From: Candidatus Hodarchaeota archaeon | Lineage (GTDB): Archaea; Asgardarchaeota; Lokiarchaeia; Sigyniarchaeales; SOKP01 | Direction of reading: 5' to 3' | Assembly (NCBI GenBank): GCA_048886685.1 | Contig: JBHLKM010000002.1 | Coordinates: 231,532-295,531 of the forward strand | DNA length: 64,000 bases | Shown: positions 29,301-39,555 of the stretch, piece by piece | Layout of the letters: every line of letters starts with the position of its first letter | How positions within the stretch are numbered: position 1 is the first letter of the stretch | The notes under the pieces: model-generated | Databases searched by the model: none | Told to the model about the DNA's origin: nothing | What the model saw: only the letters and a program-made list of their open reading frames with translations | Made by a program: the position numbers and the translations under genes

Positions 29301-29410
29301 TATGTAAAGGGTGTGGAACTTGTGCCGCAAATTGTCCAATTGGGGCAATTTCTGTAAAACACTACGACTTTGAGCAAATTAATGCTTTAATTAGGGCATT
29401 AGTAATTTAA
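26330..29410 (+). CDS. hdrA: Large (two-module) HdrA-like FAD/Fe-S protein
   Basis: Same architecture as 14121-17171 and highly similar to it. Confidence 0.88.
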   Translation: MEGSVLVIGGGIAGIQTSLDLTELGFKVYLVEKTPSIGGRMAQLDKTFPTNDCSLCILAPKMVEVFRNPNIELMTYHEVQKVTGKPGNFIVSVLKKPRYVDETKCKGCGDCASKCPKIETPNIFDMNLGKRKSVYIPFPQAVPPVYIIDPDLCLFLNKGVCGVCKKTCEADAIDFEQKSLEIELNVGAIVVATGYDILGEELSSRWGYNYKNVVNALEYERMLSASGPFGGHILRPSDEKEPEKIAFIQCAGSRDLHEGVPYCSSVCCMYTSKEAIITKEHSDHSQCFVFRHDIRAFGKNFYEFTQRAQEEYGVKYFQTKVNRILEDPETNDLIIHYEDLKTGEFKDFKANLVVLASPLVPSNGTRKLAEILDIELDDYSFFKEKTYFNKSLSSREGIFLAGFCQGPMDIPETVADASGVASQIATLLNPSKFTEIEEKIFEIPEKEVKTTDDRRIGVLICHCGINIGKYINIPEVIEHIKTLPNVVFCEDNLYSCSSDSQQRIKEVIAEYNLNRFIVASCTPRTHESLFQETCQEAGLNKYLFEMVNIRDQCSWVHMTEKEKATEKAKDLIRMGVAKSRLLRPQSEEKLQITQTALVIGGGVSGMSAALNIANQGFIVYLVEKEKFLGGNLKNLNVLYPTQEDASILLNEIIEKVMKNRNIQLLLSSQLKDVNGYIGNYNVTVVDSENESHDLKIGTIIVATGGQELKPKEVFQYKLKNHNVITQLELEQKLKSEDVSWLDKINRITSMLCVNARQKEGITYCSNICCGSAIKNINILKELKNDLELVVLYRDLQMAKKQFEEYYRDRRKDAIFLRYDLDKPPFISTKNGKSEKYEIKVFDTNLQDYLTFETDLIVLSTPMIPASNLEELAKMLKVPLDKNGFFLEAHVKLRPLDFATDGIFLCGCAQWPKNIQDSISQANGAAGRASRFLSAKEITTSGLVAEVDQDMCIGCGTCEDVCAYNAVELTEIIKEFEDVSLVIKKSSINPNLCKGCGTCAANCPIGAISVKHYDFEQINALIRALVI

Positions 29411-29571
29411 AAAGTGATTAAAGAAAGAAAAAAGAAATTCTAATTTTTTATACATATTCTTTCTTATTTGACAATAGAGTTATGAAAACTAATCAGAAAA
29501 AATAAATGTTTTCTATTTTTTTCCTATACAATATAGGTTCAAATTACTAAATCTCATATAAACTAATAAAA

Positions 29572-30852
29572 GTGAATGTTATTACTGAGATTGAAAAATT
29601 AGATGATTCAAAAGAACCGAGCAGTGATTATAGTTCTTATCTTGAAAAAATTTATGAGCCTGATATAAGAAAATTATTATATCGATGTTATCAATGTGTT
29701 CGTTGTAGTGGTGTATGTCAACTTAGTCGGGTTCAAAGTTTTGAACCAAGTAAAATAATCCAAATGATTTTGGAGGGTTTTGAAGATAAAATTATTGATA
29801 GTGGTATATTGTGGGATTGTCTTACATGTAACGCTTGCCTTCAGAACTGTCCTGAGGGAATAAATTTCGCGGATATTGTAAGAATGGCAAAATACAAAAT
29901 GAGAACTTCTAAAGGGCAAAACTCTGATGAGTATATAGCTCATAAAGGAGTATATACAACTATTTCAGAAATTATGAGTGAACCACATATAAAGCCTGAA
30001 AGATCTCTTGAATGGGTTCCTAAGGAATGCAAAACGTCAGATCGGGGAAATATTTTATATTATGTGGGGTGTTTACCATACTTTAATTTTGAGTTCGAAA
30101 ATTCAGATACTATAGCAGAAAGCACTTTAAAAATTCTATGTCAAATTGAAAAAGAACCCATAGTAGTTCTTAAAGATGAAATTTGTTGCGGGCATGATTT
30201 ATATTGGGGTCAAGGTAAACTGAATGCTTTCATTGATTTAGCAAAAAAGAATGTTAAAAGAATTGAGGAAACTGGAGCTAAAACGATTATTACTGCTTGT
30301 GCTGAATGCTACCGAACATTTAAAGTAGATTATCAAGATTTATTTGAAGATTTTAATCAAAAATTCGTTGTCAAACATTTAATTGAATATATTTATGAGA
30401 ATTGGAAAAATAACAAAATTGAATTCAAGAATCCAACTATGCAAGAAGAACCAATTCCTTTTACATATCACGATCCTTGTCGGTTAAGTAGGTTTTTACC
30501 TAAAGACAGTAATATTATTGAAAATGTACGTGAAATTTTTTCACATTTAAGAAAATTGGGATATAAGTTTAATGAAATGGCACATAATAAAACCGATGCT
30601 TTATGCTGTGGTGTAAGTTCTTGGATGAACTGTAATGATCGCTCGAAAGCCTTACGATATAAAAGACTCTTAGAAGCTAAAGATGCGGGTGAAATAATGG
30701 TCACATCGTGCCCAAAGTGTAAAATACATTTATCTTGTTTACAAAATGACTATGAAGATATTTCTTCAATTGAAATTGTAGATTTTTCAGAATTCTTAGT
30801 GAATCTAATAAGTATTATAGAATCTAATAAAAAAGAGGAGGAAGACAAATAA
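29572..30852 (+). CDS. HdrD/GlpC-like Fe-S oxidoreductase (CCG domains)
   Basis: Paralog of 12841-14097: CYQCVRCSGVC, ICCG, YHDPCRL, LCCG, SCPKC. Confidence 0.85.
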   Translation: MNVITEIEKLDDSKEPSSDYSSYLEKIYEPDIRKLLYRCYQCVRCSGVCQLSRVQSFEPSKIIQMILEGFEDKIIDSGILWDCLTCNACLQNCPEGINFADIVRMAKYKMRTSKGQNSDEYIAHKGVYTTISEIMSEPHIKPERSLEWVPKECKTSDRGNILYYVGCLPYFNFEFENSDTIAESTLKILCQIEKEPIVVLKDEICCGHDLYWGQGKLNAFIDLAKKNVKRIEETGAKTIITACAECYRTFKVDYQDLFEDFNQKFVVKHLIEYIYENWKNNKIEFKNPTMQEEPIPFTYHDPCRLSRFLPKDSNIIENVREIFSHLRKLGYKFNEMAHNKTDALCCGVSSWMNCNDRSKALRYKRLLEAKDAGEIMVTSCPKCKIHLSCLQNDYEDISSIEIVDFSEFLVNLISIIESNKKEEEDK

Positions 30853-33800
30853 TGGAAGGTTCGGTTCTAGTAATTGGTGGAGGAATAGCAGGAATTCAAA
30901 TCTCCCTTGATCTAACAGAATTAGGCTTTAAAGTCTATTTAGTAGAAAAGTCCCCTTCTATTGGGGGAAGAATGGCTCAGCTTGATAAAACTTTCCCAAC
31001 CTTAGATTGTTCATTATGCATCCTTGCTCCTAAAATGGTTGAGGTCTTTCGTAATCCTAATATCGAATTGATGACATATCATGAAGTTCTTCAAGTTGAT
31101 GGTCAACCAGGAAATTTTACCGCAAAAATTTTGAAAAAACCTCGATATATTGATGAGGAAAAATGTAAAGGATGTGGAGAATGTGCTAATAAATGCCCCA
31201 AAATTATGGCCCCTAATCCTTTCGAAATGAATATTGGGAGAATAAAATCGGTATATATTCCTTTTCCTCAAGCAGTACCTCCTGTTTATTTAATTGATTC
31301 AGAAAGGTGTTTATATTTACAAAAAGGTGTATGTCAAGTATGTAAAAAAGCTTGTCCCGCTGATGCAATAGATTTTGAACAGAAACTTGAAGAATTTGAA
31401 ATTAATGTTGGAGCTTTAGTAGTCGCAACAGGCTATGAAATGCCTGTTGAAGAATTATCTTCCAGATGGGGTTATCGATTCGAAAATGTTGTAAGTGCAC
31501 TTGAATATGAAAGAATATTATGTGCATCTGGACCATTTAGCGGTCATGTTATGCGATTAAGCGATGAGAAAGAACCTGAAGTAATCGCTTTCGTTCAATG
31601 TGCTGGTTCTAGAGATCTTCATGAGAACGTTCCTTTTTGTTCAAGTGTCTGTTGTACTTATACTGCTAAACAAGCTATTATCACTCAAGAACATTCTGAA
31701 AACTCTAAATGTTATGTGTTTCGACACGATATACGGGCTTATGGCAAGAATTTCTATGAATTCACACAAAGAGCTCAAAAAGAATATGGAGTTCAATATT
31801 TTCAATCTAAGATAAGTATTATTGAAGAAGATCCTGAAACTAATGATCTAATTATCCATTATGAAGATCTTAAAACTGGTGAATTTAAGGATTTTCGAGC
31901 AAACCTAGTTGTTTTAGCTTCACCCTTAGTTCCATCAAAAGGAGTTAAAGATTTAGGAGGAGTTTTAGATATCGAATTAGATAAATACAATTTCTTCCAA
32001 GAAAAATCTTATTTTAATAAATTGAAATCTACAAGAGATGGAGTATTCTTATGCGGATTCTGTCAAGGTCCAATGGATATTCCAGAAACTGTTGCTGACG
32101 CTAGTGGTGTAGCAGCTCAAATAGCTGATCTGTTAAATCCAGTAAAATATACTCAAATGAAAGAGAAAGTCTTTGTTCAAGAAAAAGAAATTAACATAAC
32201 TGATGAACCAAGAATTGGTGTTATGGTTTGTCATTGTGGAATAAATATAGGAAACTATGTAGATGTCCCTAAAGTTGTAGAATATGTAAAAACTCTTCCA
32301 AATGTAATTGTATGTGAAGATAATTTATATTCTTGTTCTTCAGATTCTCAAATTAGGATTAAAGAATTAATTGATGAACACAATTTAAATAGGTTTATTG
32401 TTGCATCTTGCACTCCAAGAACTCATGAATCACTATTTCAAGAAACCTGTCAAGAAGCAGGACTAAATAAATATTTATTTGAACTTGTAAACATCAGAGA
32501 TCAATGTTCTTGGGTTCATATGACAGAAAAAGAAGCTGCCACTGATAAAGCCATAGATTTAATTAGAATGCATATTGCAAAATCTAGATTACTAAGACCC
32601 CAGAAAGAAGATAAAATTGATATTACTCACACAGCATTAGTTATTGGTGGTGGCATTTCTGGAATGACAGCTGCTTTAAATACAGCAAATCAAGGATTCA
32701 AAACTATTATTGTTGAAAAAGAAAGTGAATTAGGGGGGAATTTAAGATTTCTAAATGTATTATATCCTGTTCATAAAAATGCGTTAGAATTATTAAATGA
32801 AACAAAAGAAAAGATAGAGAAAAATCACAACATTCAGGTATTCCTAAATGCTGAAATTAAGAATATTAAAGGTTATGTTGGGAATTATGATGTTATGATA
32901 AATGATTCTAATAGCGAAACTCATGAAGTAAAAATTGGTACTATAATTGTCGCTACTGGGGGGCAAGAACTTAAACCAATAGGCCTGTTTGGGTATGATG
33001 AGAAAAACAATAATGTAATGACTCAACTAGAGTTAGAACAGAAATTAAAAAGTCAAGATAAATCATGGCTAGATAAAATTAATCGAATAACCATAATTTT
33101 ATGCGTAAATGCTAGACAAAATGAAGGAATAACCTACTGTTCTAATATCTGTTGCTCAAATTCTATTAAAAATGTTCGGATACTAAAAGAAATAAAGCCA
33201 AAACTGGAGATCGTGGTGATTTATAGGGATATGCAAATGGCTAAGAAAGAATTTGAGGAATATTATCGTGAACGGAGAAAAGATGCCATTTTTTTAAGAT
33301 ACGATTTGGAGAATTTGCCCGAAGTAAAGAGGATTAAAGCAAGTTCAGAAAAATATAGTATTAAAGTATTTGATACAAATTTGAAAGATAATGTTGAATA
33401 TGAAACGGATTTAGTTGTCTTATCGACTCCTATGATCCCAGCTGATAATTTAAAGGAATTAGCAATGATGCTGAAAGTTCCATTGGACAAAAATGGATTC
33501 TTCTTAGAAGCACATGTTAAATTAAGACCATTAGATTTTGCTACGGATGGTATTTTTCTATGTGGATGTGCTCAATGGCCAAAGAATGTTCAAGATTCAA
33601 TTTCACAAGCTAATGGCGCTGCAGGAAGAGCAAGTAGGTTCCTAAGTGCTGATAAAATTACCACTTCCGGATTGGTTGCTGAAGTTTCAGAGGAAAAATG
33701 TATAGGGTGTGGTAAATGTGAAGATGTGTGTCCCTATAATGCAATAGAGCTTATAGGAAAAACGAAAGAATTTGAAGATTTTAACATTATGGTGAAAAAA

Positions 33801-33959
33801 TCGAATATAAACGCAGCAGTATGTAAAGGTTGTGGAACTTGTGCTGCTACTTGTCCAGTCGGAGCAATAATGGTAAAGCATTATGATTTTGACCAGATAT
33901 CTACGATGATTGATTCCTATTTACTTGATAAAGTCAAAATTAATTCTAAAGGTGAATAA
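30852..33959 (+). CDS. hdrA: Large (two-module) HdrA-like FAD/Fe-S protein
   Basis: Same architecture as 14121-17171 and 26330-29410. Confidence 0.88.
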   Translation: MEGSVLVIGGGIAGIQISLDLTELGFKVYLVEKSPSIGGRMAQLDKTFPTLDCSLCILAPKMVEVFRNPNIELMTYHEVLQVDGQPGNFTAKILKKPRYIDEEKCKGCGECANKCPKIMAPNPFEMNIGRIKSVYIPFPQAVPPVYLIDSERCLYLQKGVCQVCKKACPADAIDFEQKLEEFEINVGALVVATGYEMPVEELSSRWGYRFENVVSALEYERILCASGPFSGHVMRLSDEKEPEVIAFVQCAGSRDLHENVPFCSSVCCTYTAKQAIITQEHSENSKCYVFRHDIRAYGKNFYEFTQRAQKEYGVQYFQSKISIIEEDPETNDLIIHYEDLKTGEFKDFRANLVVLASPLVPSKGVKDLGGVLDIELDKYNFFQEKSYFNKLKSTRDGVFLCGFCQGPMDIPETVADASGVAAQIADLLNPVKYTQMKEKVFVQEKEINITDEPRIGVMVCHCGINIGNYVDVPKVVEYVKTLPNVIVCEDNLYSCSSDSQIRIKELIDEHNLNRFIVASCTPRTHESLFQETCQEAGLNKYLFELVNIRDQCSWVHMTEKEAATDKAIDLIRMHIAKSRLLRPQKEDKIDITHTALVIGGGISGMTAALNTANQGFKTIIVEKESELGGNLRFLNVLYPVHKNALELLNETKEKIEKNHNIQVFLNAEIKNIKGYVGNYDVMINDSNSETHEVKIGTIIVATGGQELKPIGLFGYDEKNNNVMTQLELEQKLKSQDKSWLDKINRITIILCVNARQNEGITYCSNICCSNSIKNVRILKEIKPKLEIVVIYRDMQMAKKEFEEYYRERRKDAIFLRYDLENLPEVKRIKASSEKYSIKVFDTNLKDNVEYETDLVVLSTPMIPADNLKELAMMLKVPLDKNGFFLEAHVKLRPLDFATDGIFLCGCAQWPKNVQDSISQANGAAGRASRFLSADKITTSGLVAEVSEEKCIGCGKCEDVCPYNAIELIGKTKEFEDFNIMVKKSNINAAVCKGCGTCAATCPVGAIMVKHYDFDQISTMIDSYLLDKVKINSKGE

Positions 33960-33962
33960 AAG

Positions 33963-34397
33963 ATGTCAAAATCCAAACAAAAAATAAAAGAAGGAAAATT
34001 TGAGCCGAATATTTTAGTTTTTTGCTGTAATTGGTGTAGTTATGCTGGAGCAGATTTAGCAGGAGTTTCACGATTTCAATATCCTCCAAATATTCGAATA
34101 ATAAGAGTTATGTGTTCTGGACGAGTAGATCCATCATTCGTTTTAAAAGCATTAAAAAATGGTGCTGATGGAGTTCTCGTGAGCGGATGTCATATAGGAG
34201 ATTGTCATTACATTTCTGGAAATGAATATACTAAAGAAAGATTTGAAAAATTACACAGTATTTTAATTACTCAATTAGGGATAGATCCAAAGCGGGTACG
34301 CTTAGAATGGGTAAGTGCTTCTGAAGGTAAGCGATTTGCTGATGTTATAACTGAATTTACAAATCAAATCAAAGAACTAGGTCCCTTCAAACATTAG
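33963..34397 (+). CDS. mvhD: MvhD (Cys form)
   Basis: CCNWCSYAGADLAG, VMCSGRVDP, GCHIGDCHY. Confidence 0.92.
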   Translation: MSKSKQKIKEGKFEPNILVFCCNWCSYAGADLAGVSRFQYPPNIRIIRVMCSGRVDPSFVLKALKNGADGVLVSGCHIGDCHYISGNEYTKERFEKLHSILITQLGIDPKRVRLEWVSASEGKRFADVITEFTNQIKELGPFKH

Positions 34398-34619
34398 GAT
34401 CTTTAATGCTTCATCAATAGACAAGTGCTTTAACTTATCTGCCTTCTGAAAATGTTTCTTACAAAACCATTCTGCATAGGGGGGATGTCCTACACCTTCT
34501 ATTTCCTCCATCCTTTTTTCCCATTCTCTATCAGACTGACGTTTTTTAAAATAGACTAAACCCCCATCATCCGTTTCTTCTAATTCTTTATCACATATCC
34601 TACATATTGGAGGTTTCAT
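34377..34619 (-). CDS. Small putative zinc-binding protein
   Basis: CRIC...GHPPYAEWFCKKH; convergent with mvhD and overlapping it by 21 nt. Confidence 0.6.
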   Translation of the reverse strand: MKPPICRICDKELEETDDGGLVYFKKRQSDREWEKRMEEIEGVGHPPYAEWFCKKHFQKADKLKHLSIDEALKILMFEGT

Positions 34620-34703
34620 AATTCTACTATTCTTTGTTTAAGTTTAAATCTTTATGCTAAAGCATATAATTAAAAAAAAATTATAAAAATTTATGATTTA
34701 GTA

Positions 34704-35717
34704 TTGAAAATTGAAATTCTATTGAGGAGAAAAATTATTAAAGCAGCAGTTTTTGAAGATATTTACAAAATTGTGTACCGAGAAGATTATCCGAAACCAA
34801 CTCTTGGTTCTGACGATGTGTTAATTAGAGTTCATTACTGTGGTATTTGTGGGTCGGATATAACTAATTTTAAATATAAAATGTTTCAGGTTCCTTTAGT
34901 AATGGGTCATGAGATATCAGGAGAAGTAATCGAAATAGGAGAGAATGTTTCTGAAGTAAAATTAGGTGATAAGGTAGGATGTTTTACTGTGTTGCTGGAT
35001 ATTAGTGAGGGCAACCTAAAAGGATTAGGAACATTTCAGGATGGTGGATTTGCAGAATATGTTAAAGTTCCAAAGGAATGGGTCTTTAAAATTCCGTTAA
35101 AAATATCAATGAAAGAAGCAGTTTTGATTGAAACCTTCTCATTAGCGGTTAGAGCTTTTAAACTCTCAAGAATTAAAAAAGGGGAAAATATATTAATATT
35201 TGGAGGAGGTAGTGTGGGTTTAACAACCTTAAAAGCTTTATTACTTCTGAAAGATCCAAACTACATAGTTGTAGTTGAGCCTCAAGAATTTCTAAGAAAT
35301 AAAGCAATACAAATTGGAGCAACTGATGCAGTAGCTCCAAGAAGAGCAAAAATAAAAAGAGCGATCAAAAATCTAGGAGAACCTTCTTTTATTTTTGATT
35401 GTGTTGGCAATCAGGAAACATTATCTGATTCAATTTTTTTAATAAAAAGAGGAGGTACTATTATACTTGAGGGAATCCATAAGGGGAGTATTCCGTTTCC
35501 CTTCTTTATGATAAATTCTAAAGAAGTTACTTTAAAAGGATGTTTAGGTCATGATCGAGACGATATTTTAGCAGCTATTGAAATGTTTATTAATTTTAAA
35601 ATAAATGCCAACGATTTTATCTCCGAAATAATTCCCTTAAAAGCGGCCCAAAAAGCGTTTGAAAAATTTATTGGATCAAATGAAAGAGATTTTGTTAAGA
35701 TTCTTTTAGAAATTTGA
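34704..35717 (+). CDS. Zinc-dependent alcohol dehydrogenase (MDR family)
   Basis: CGICGSD, GHEISG, DGGFAEY, GGGSVG; lacks the four-Cys structural zinc loop. The true start may be ATT 34737, after GAGGAG. Confidence 0.88.
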   Translation: MKIEILLRRKIIKAAVFEDIYKIVYREDYPKPTLGSDDVLIRVHYCGICGSDITNFKYKMFQVPLVMGHEISGEVIEIGENVSEVKLGDKVGCFTVLLDISEGNLKGLGTFQDGGFAEYVKVPKEWVFKIPLKISMKEAVLIETFSLAVRAFKLSRIKKGENILIFGGGSVGLTTLKALLLLKDPNYIVVVEPQEFLRNKAIQIGATDAVAPRRAKIKRAIKNLGEPSFIFDCVGNQETLSDSIFLIKRGGTIILEGIHKGSIPFPFFMINSKEVTLKGCLGHDRDDILAAIEMFINFKINANDFISEIIPLKAAQKAFEKFIGSNERDFVKILLEI

Positions 35718-35735
35718 AAATGGTACATTATAAGT

Positions 35736-36233
35736 ATGAAAGATGAGAACACCCAGTTGAAAGATATCAAAGCAATATCCTTACGGAGAATTACTAGGCG
35801 TAATTATCGTAAAATTATTGGATTGAAGGTAAAACCAGAACAGAAGACTTTAATTTCTTCTAATGCCGTATCAATGGCAGATGCCTACTTTTACAGGGAA
35901 GCATGGATGCGTGCAATATATTTAGGCGATATCCCTATAGGATTTGTAATGCTTGGAGATAACTATTTGAAATATAAGTTTATTAAACATTTTAAACCTT
36001 ATCTATATATCTGGAGATTTATGATTGCTGATGAATATCAAAGAAAGGGATATGGCAAAAAAGCAATGCAAAGGATTATTGAATATGTGAAATCTAAATA
36101 TAATGCGAAAGAATTGATTGCCTATACATTACCAAAGAATAAAAATGCTCTTGAATTTTATAAAAAATTAGGTTTTAAACCAACAGGCAGGAAATTACCA
36201 GTTGGGGACCTTGAACTTCTATTAGAGTTATAA
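35736..36233 (+). CDS. GNAT acetyltransferase (spermidine/diamine acetyltransferase-like)
   Basis: WRFMIADEYQRKGYGK, NKNALEFYKKLGF. Confidence 0.85.
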   Translation: MKDENTQLKDIKAISLRRITRRNYRKIIGLKVKPEQKTLISSNAVSMADAYFYREAWMRAIYLGDIPIGFVMLGDNYLKYKFIKHFKPYLYIWRFMIADEYQRKGYGKKAMQRIIEYVKSKYNAKELIAYTLPKNKNALEFYKKLGFKPTGRKLPVGDLELLLEL

Positions 36234-36311
36234 TTTCTTAATTATTCTAAATACTTATATCTCTAAGAGACTTTTAAAAATATAATCAAGAAATTATTAG
36301 TTAGCATATTA

Positions 36312-37268
36312 ATGTCATTTCAGGGAATAGAAGAAGCATATAGTAAAATTAGCGGTGTCGTAAATAAGACACCAGTAATGACTTCAAGAACATTAAATTC
36401 AAAATTAAAAGCAGTAATATTTTTTAAATGTGAAAATTTTCAAAGAGTTGGCGCGTTTAAATTTCGAGGGGCATATAATGCATTAAACTTACTTTCAAAG
36501 GAAGAGAAGAAGCGAGGTGTTATTACCCACTCCAGTGGTAATCATGCTCAAGCTGTTGCACTTGCTGCTTCGATATTAGGAATTCAGGCTACAATTGTAA
36601 TGCCAAAAGGAGCTCCTACTAATAAAATTAATGCTACTAAAGATTATGGCGCCCAAATTGTATTTTGTGATAACACACTAGAATCTAGAACTCAAACTAC
36701 GGAAAAGTTAATCGAACAATATCAATATATTCTAATTCATCCATATGATGATTATAATGTAATATACGGGCAAGGAACAGCAGCATATGAATTAATAAAA
36801 GAAATCGGAGAACTTGATATAGCTATTGCTCCTCTAGGTGGGGGGGGATTATTGAGTGGTTCGGCTCTTGCGACTAGAGAATTATGCCCACATGCTCAAA
36901 TTTTTGGTGTTGAACCTTCAATGGCAGATGACGCTTACAGATCAATTCAAGCTGGGCATATAATACCAAGTAATTATCCAAATACAATTGCTGATGGATT
37001 ACGTACATCGATTTGTGAGAAGACATTCAAAATAATTCGAAAACTTGTTAATCAAATTGTAACAGTTTCTGAAACTGAAATCATTGACGCGATGAGATTT
37101 CTCTGGCAACGGATGAAAATTATAGTAGAACCCTCCGGAGTAGTTCCCTTATCAGCATTACTTTCAAAAAAGATAAATGTAGAAGGTAAAAGAGTAGGAC
37201 TAATTATAAGTGGGGGCAATATTGATATAGAACCCTTTTTCAAACTATTAGAAAAAAGAGTGTGTTAA
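36312..37268 (+). CDS. PLP-dependent threonine/serine dehydratase or serine racemase family protein
   Basis: KCENFQRVGAFKFRGA, SSGNHAQ, GGGGL, TIADGL, SGGN. Confidence 0.9.
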   Translation: MSFQGIEEAYSKISGVVNKTPVMTSRTLNSKLKAVIFFKCENFQRVGAFKFRGAYNALNLLSKEEKKRGVITHSSGNHAQAVALAASILGIQATIVMPKGAPTNKINATKDYGAQIVFCDNTLESRTQTTEKLIEQYQYILIHPYDDYNVIYGQGTAAYELIKEIGELDIAIAPLGGGGLLSGSALATRELCPHAQIFGVEPSMADDAYRSIQAGHIIPSNYPNTIADGLRTSICEKTFKIIRKLVNQIVTVSETEIIDAMRFLWQRMKIIVEPSGVVPLSALLSKKINVEGKRVGLIISGGNIDIEPFFKLLEKRVC

Positions 37269-38545
37269 TGATGATTGAATCTCTCAATAAATTATTTAAT
37301 GATATTGAACTCTCATGGATTGACACCTATAAGGACATAACAGATTCAATGGAATTTACCCAGTTAGTATCAATATTTCCCAATTTAGAAAACAGTTTTC
37401 AAGAAGGAAGGGATAAAGATAACGATGAATACCATAGAACAATACGTCATATCTTTAGACTCTTCAAAATATATTTTCTAATAAAAAATGGAGAGTTCTC
37501 GCATGAAACTCTTTCACAAGAATCATTAAACATAATTAGAGAGAAACTATTAATTCAACATTCTCAAAACGAATTAGTCGTTCCAATCATTTTAATGTAT
37601 CATGATATTGGTCGATTGGACAATAAAAAAGAACATCCTTATTATAGTTATTCAATAATTTCAAAAAAAAACTTGCTTGAACGATATAATCTCTCAGGAA
37701 TTGATAAATTACTTATTAATAAGGTTATTCAATATCATTTGTTATTCGCTACTATTTATACCGGTGAATCTTCTTTTTATGGTGTCTATTCACTCCTAAA
37801 TGATACTGAATTTAAAAAATTATTAACCGATAAAAAAAGTATTGATAGATTCATTGATTTATTAGAAATTTTTACTTATATTGATATATTGGGTTATTCT
37901 TATGCACATATTTATGATCACTATATACAATATTATAACGAAATTAATAATAAACTTAAAACCATCTTAAATTTATGGCCTGATGAAGAAAAAGCTTTAA
38001 AAAAAGCTTTAGAATATTCTCTAGATTGGTTAGATTGGAGAATTGCAGGAGCTCTTCGAATTTTTCAATATGTTAATACTAAACCATACTTAACAAAAAA
38101 TTTCTATTTTAAAAAAATCCAAGAAAGTAATAGTAAAGATAGAGATAAAATTATTAATGTTACTGGTTGGAATGAACTAAAAGAACAGTACTTGACAAAC
38201 TCTTCGAAAATTCAATTGAAATATGGCCTCGCTATATTAATGCTACTTGCGTTTGGAAAATTTTTTAGAGGGCCAATTAAAGAAGAGGAAACAATCTCAA
38301 GTAATCTTATTTTATTTTGGATTTTATTATCAGAAGAAATCACCAGAAGATCATCTGAAGAAAAGGAATATCTATGGAACGTTCATTTTATAGGCCTACC
38401 TAATTGGTGGAAATGGGATAGAAAATTCAAAAAGGAACTTAATTATCATACCCTTAAGGATCTTTTCAAAGACGCTACACACGACGTTGATACCATTAAA
38501 AAAGAATTTAATTTATATTTGGATTTTACTTCAGTATTCAATTAA
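37268..38545 (+). CDS. Hypothetical protein with HD-domain-like motif
   Basis: H..RH, MYHDIGR, EH, QYH and YID spaced as in HD phosphohydrolases; ATG overlaps the upstream TAA. Confidence 0.5.
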   Translation: MMIESLNKLFNDIELSWIDTYKDITDSMEFTQLVSIFPNLENSFQEGRDKDNDEYHRTIRHIFRLFKIYFLIKNGEFSHETLSQESLNIIREKLLIQHSQNELVVPIILMYHDIGRLDNKKEHPYYSYSIISKKNLLERYNLSGIDKLLINKVIQYHLLFATIYTGESSFYGVYSLLNDTEFKKLLTDKKSIDRFIDLLEIFTYIDILGYSYAHIYDHYIQYYNEINNKLKTILNLWPDEEKALKKALEYSLDWLDWRIAGALRIFQYVNTKPYLTKNFYFKKIQESNSKDRDKIINVTGWNELKEQYLTNSSKIQLKYGLAILMLLAFGKFFRGPIKEEETISSNLILFWILLSEEITRRSSEEKEYLWNVHFIGLPNWWKWDRKFKKELNYHTLKDLFKDATHDVDTIKKEFNLYLDFTSVFN

Positions 38546-38888
38546 AAGAAATCTGGAAAGATTGAATCAATCCCATTTTGAGTAATAGACTTCTTGTTAT
38601 ATATTTCAATATCACATTAGTTTTAAAAGAAATTAGTCTGAAGTTATTTTAATTATTATTCATATTCAATAAATCAAAATTAATGGTGTTTTATTAGAAA
38701 TTTGGTGAAAACTTTTTTGTCAAATGAAATATTTGATAAAATCTTTGTTTCTTTTAATAACACGTACTAGCATTTTAAAGAGTACTTTAAAATCTTTAGA
38801 ATAACTTAAAAAATCATAGCTATATTTAGCTACCAATTGGGGTTAACTTTCAACAATTAATATAATATTTAAATTAGGAGTATTTTAC

Positions 38889-39491
38889 ATGGGGAAATTA
38901 TCTCAATTCTTAAATAGATTAAAGAAATCAAGAAAATTAGTTCGAATGACTATTGTAGGGGATGGAGCAGTCGGAAAGACAACATTAGTACAAGCTTTAA
39001 TACAAAAAACAACGCGTCATGTTAATAACTCTAATGGGGGTGAAGTTCTAGATAATAAAGAGATCACTCGCACATCTTTTATGGAAATAGAATCTTGGGC
39101 ATATAAAGATTTACGATTTCAGTGTTATGATTTAGCGGGGCAAAGAACTCCTGGCACACATCCCTTAGATATCATAAAAGATCAAGTGATTAAATCTATT
39201 GATATTTATATCTTTGTCTTTTCAGTTGACAGATACGAATCATTTGAGAATCTGAATAGTTGGAAAGAATTAATGAACCTTAGTAATGAATTTAAAAATG
39301 GACAGGTAGGTTTAATTCTTGTAGGAAACAAAATAGATTTAGAAAGAAATATATCAGATGAATTGATCAAGTCTGTAGTTGGAAAAAAGAAATATTTTCA
39401 AAAATACATAGAAACTTGCTGTTTAGATGGAAGAGGTATTCATAAATTATTAGATGAGATTACGCATATGGGTAAAAAACTCCTTAGATAA
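38889..39491 (+). CDS. Ras-superfamily small GTPase
   Basis: GDGAVGKTT, DLAGQ, GNKID, ETCC (G5 variant); N-terminal MGKLSQFLNRL. Confidence 0.9.
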   Translation: MGKLSQFLNRLKKSRKLVRMTIVGDGAVGKTTLVQALIQKTTRHVNNSNGGEVLDNKEITRTSFMEIESWAYKDLRFQCYDLAGQRTPGTHPLDIIKDQVIKSIDIYIFVFSVDRYESFENLNSWKELMNLSNEFKNGQVGLILVGNKIDLERNISDELIKSVVGKKKYFQKYIETCCLDGRGIHKLLDEITHMGKKLLR

Positions 39492-39555
39492 TATAGAAAA
39501 AGGAGTTCTGTGAATGAATGGTAACTCTCATTTTCAATTGAGATGAGGTGTTAAA

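Noticed and set aside
35715-35738. TGA readthrough fusing the ADH and GNAT genes (same frame, no other stop between them)
   Set aside because: The TGA is at the natural ADH C-terminus, not at a Cys position, and no SECIS-like structure was seen nearby.
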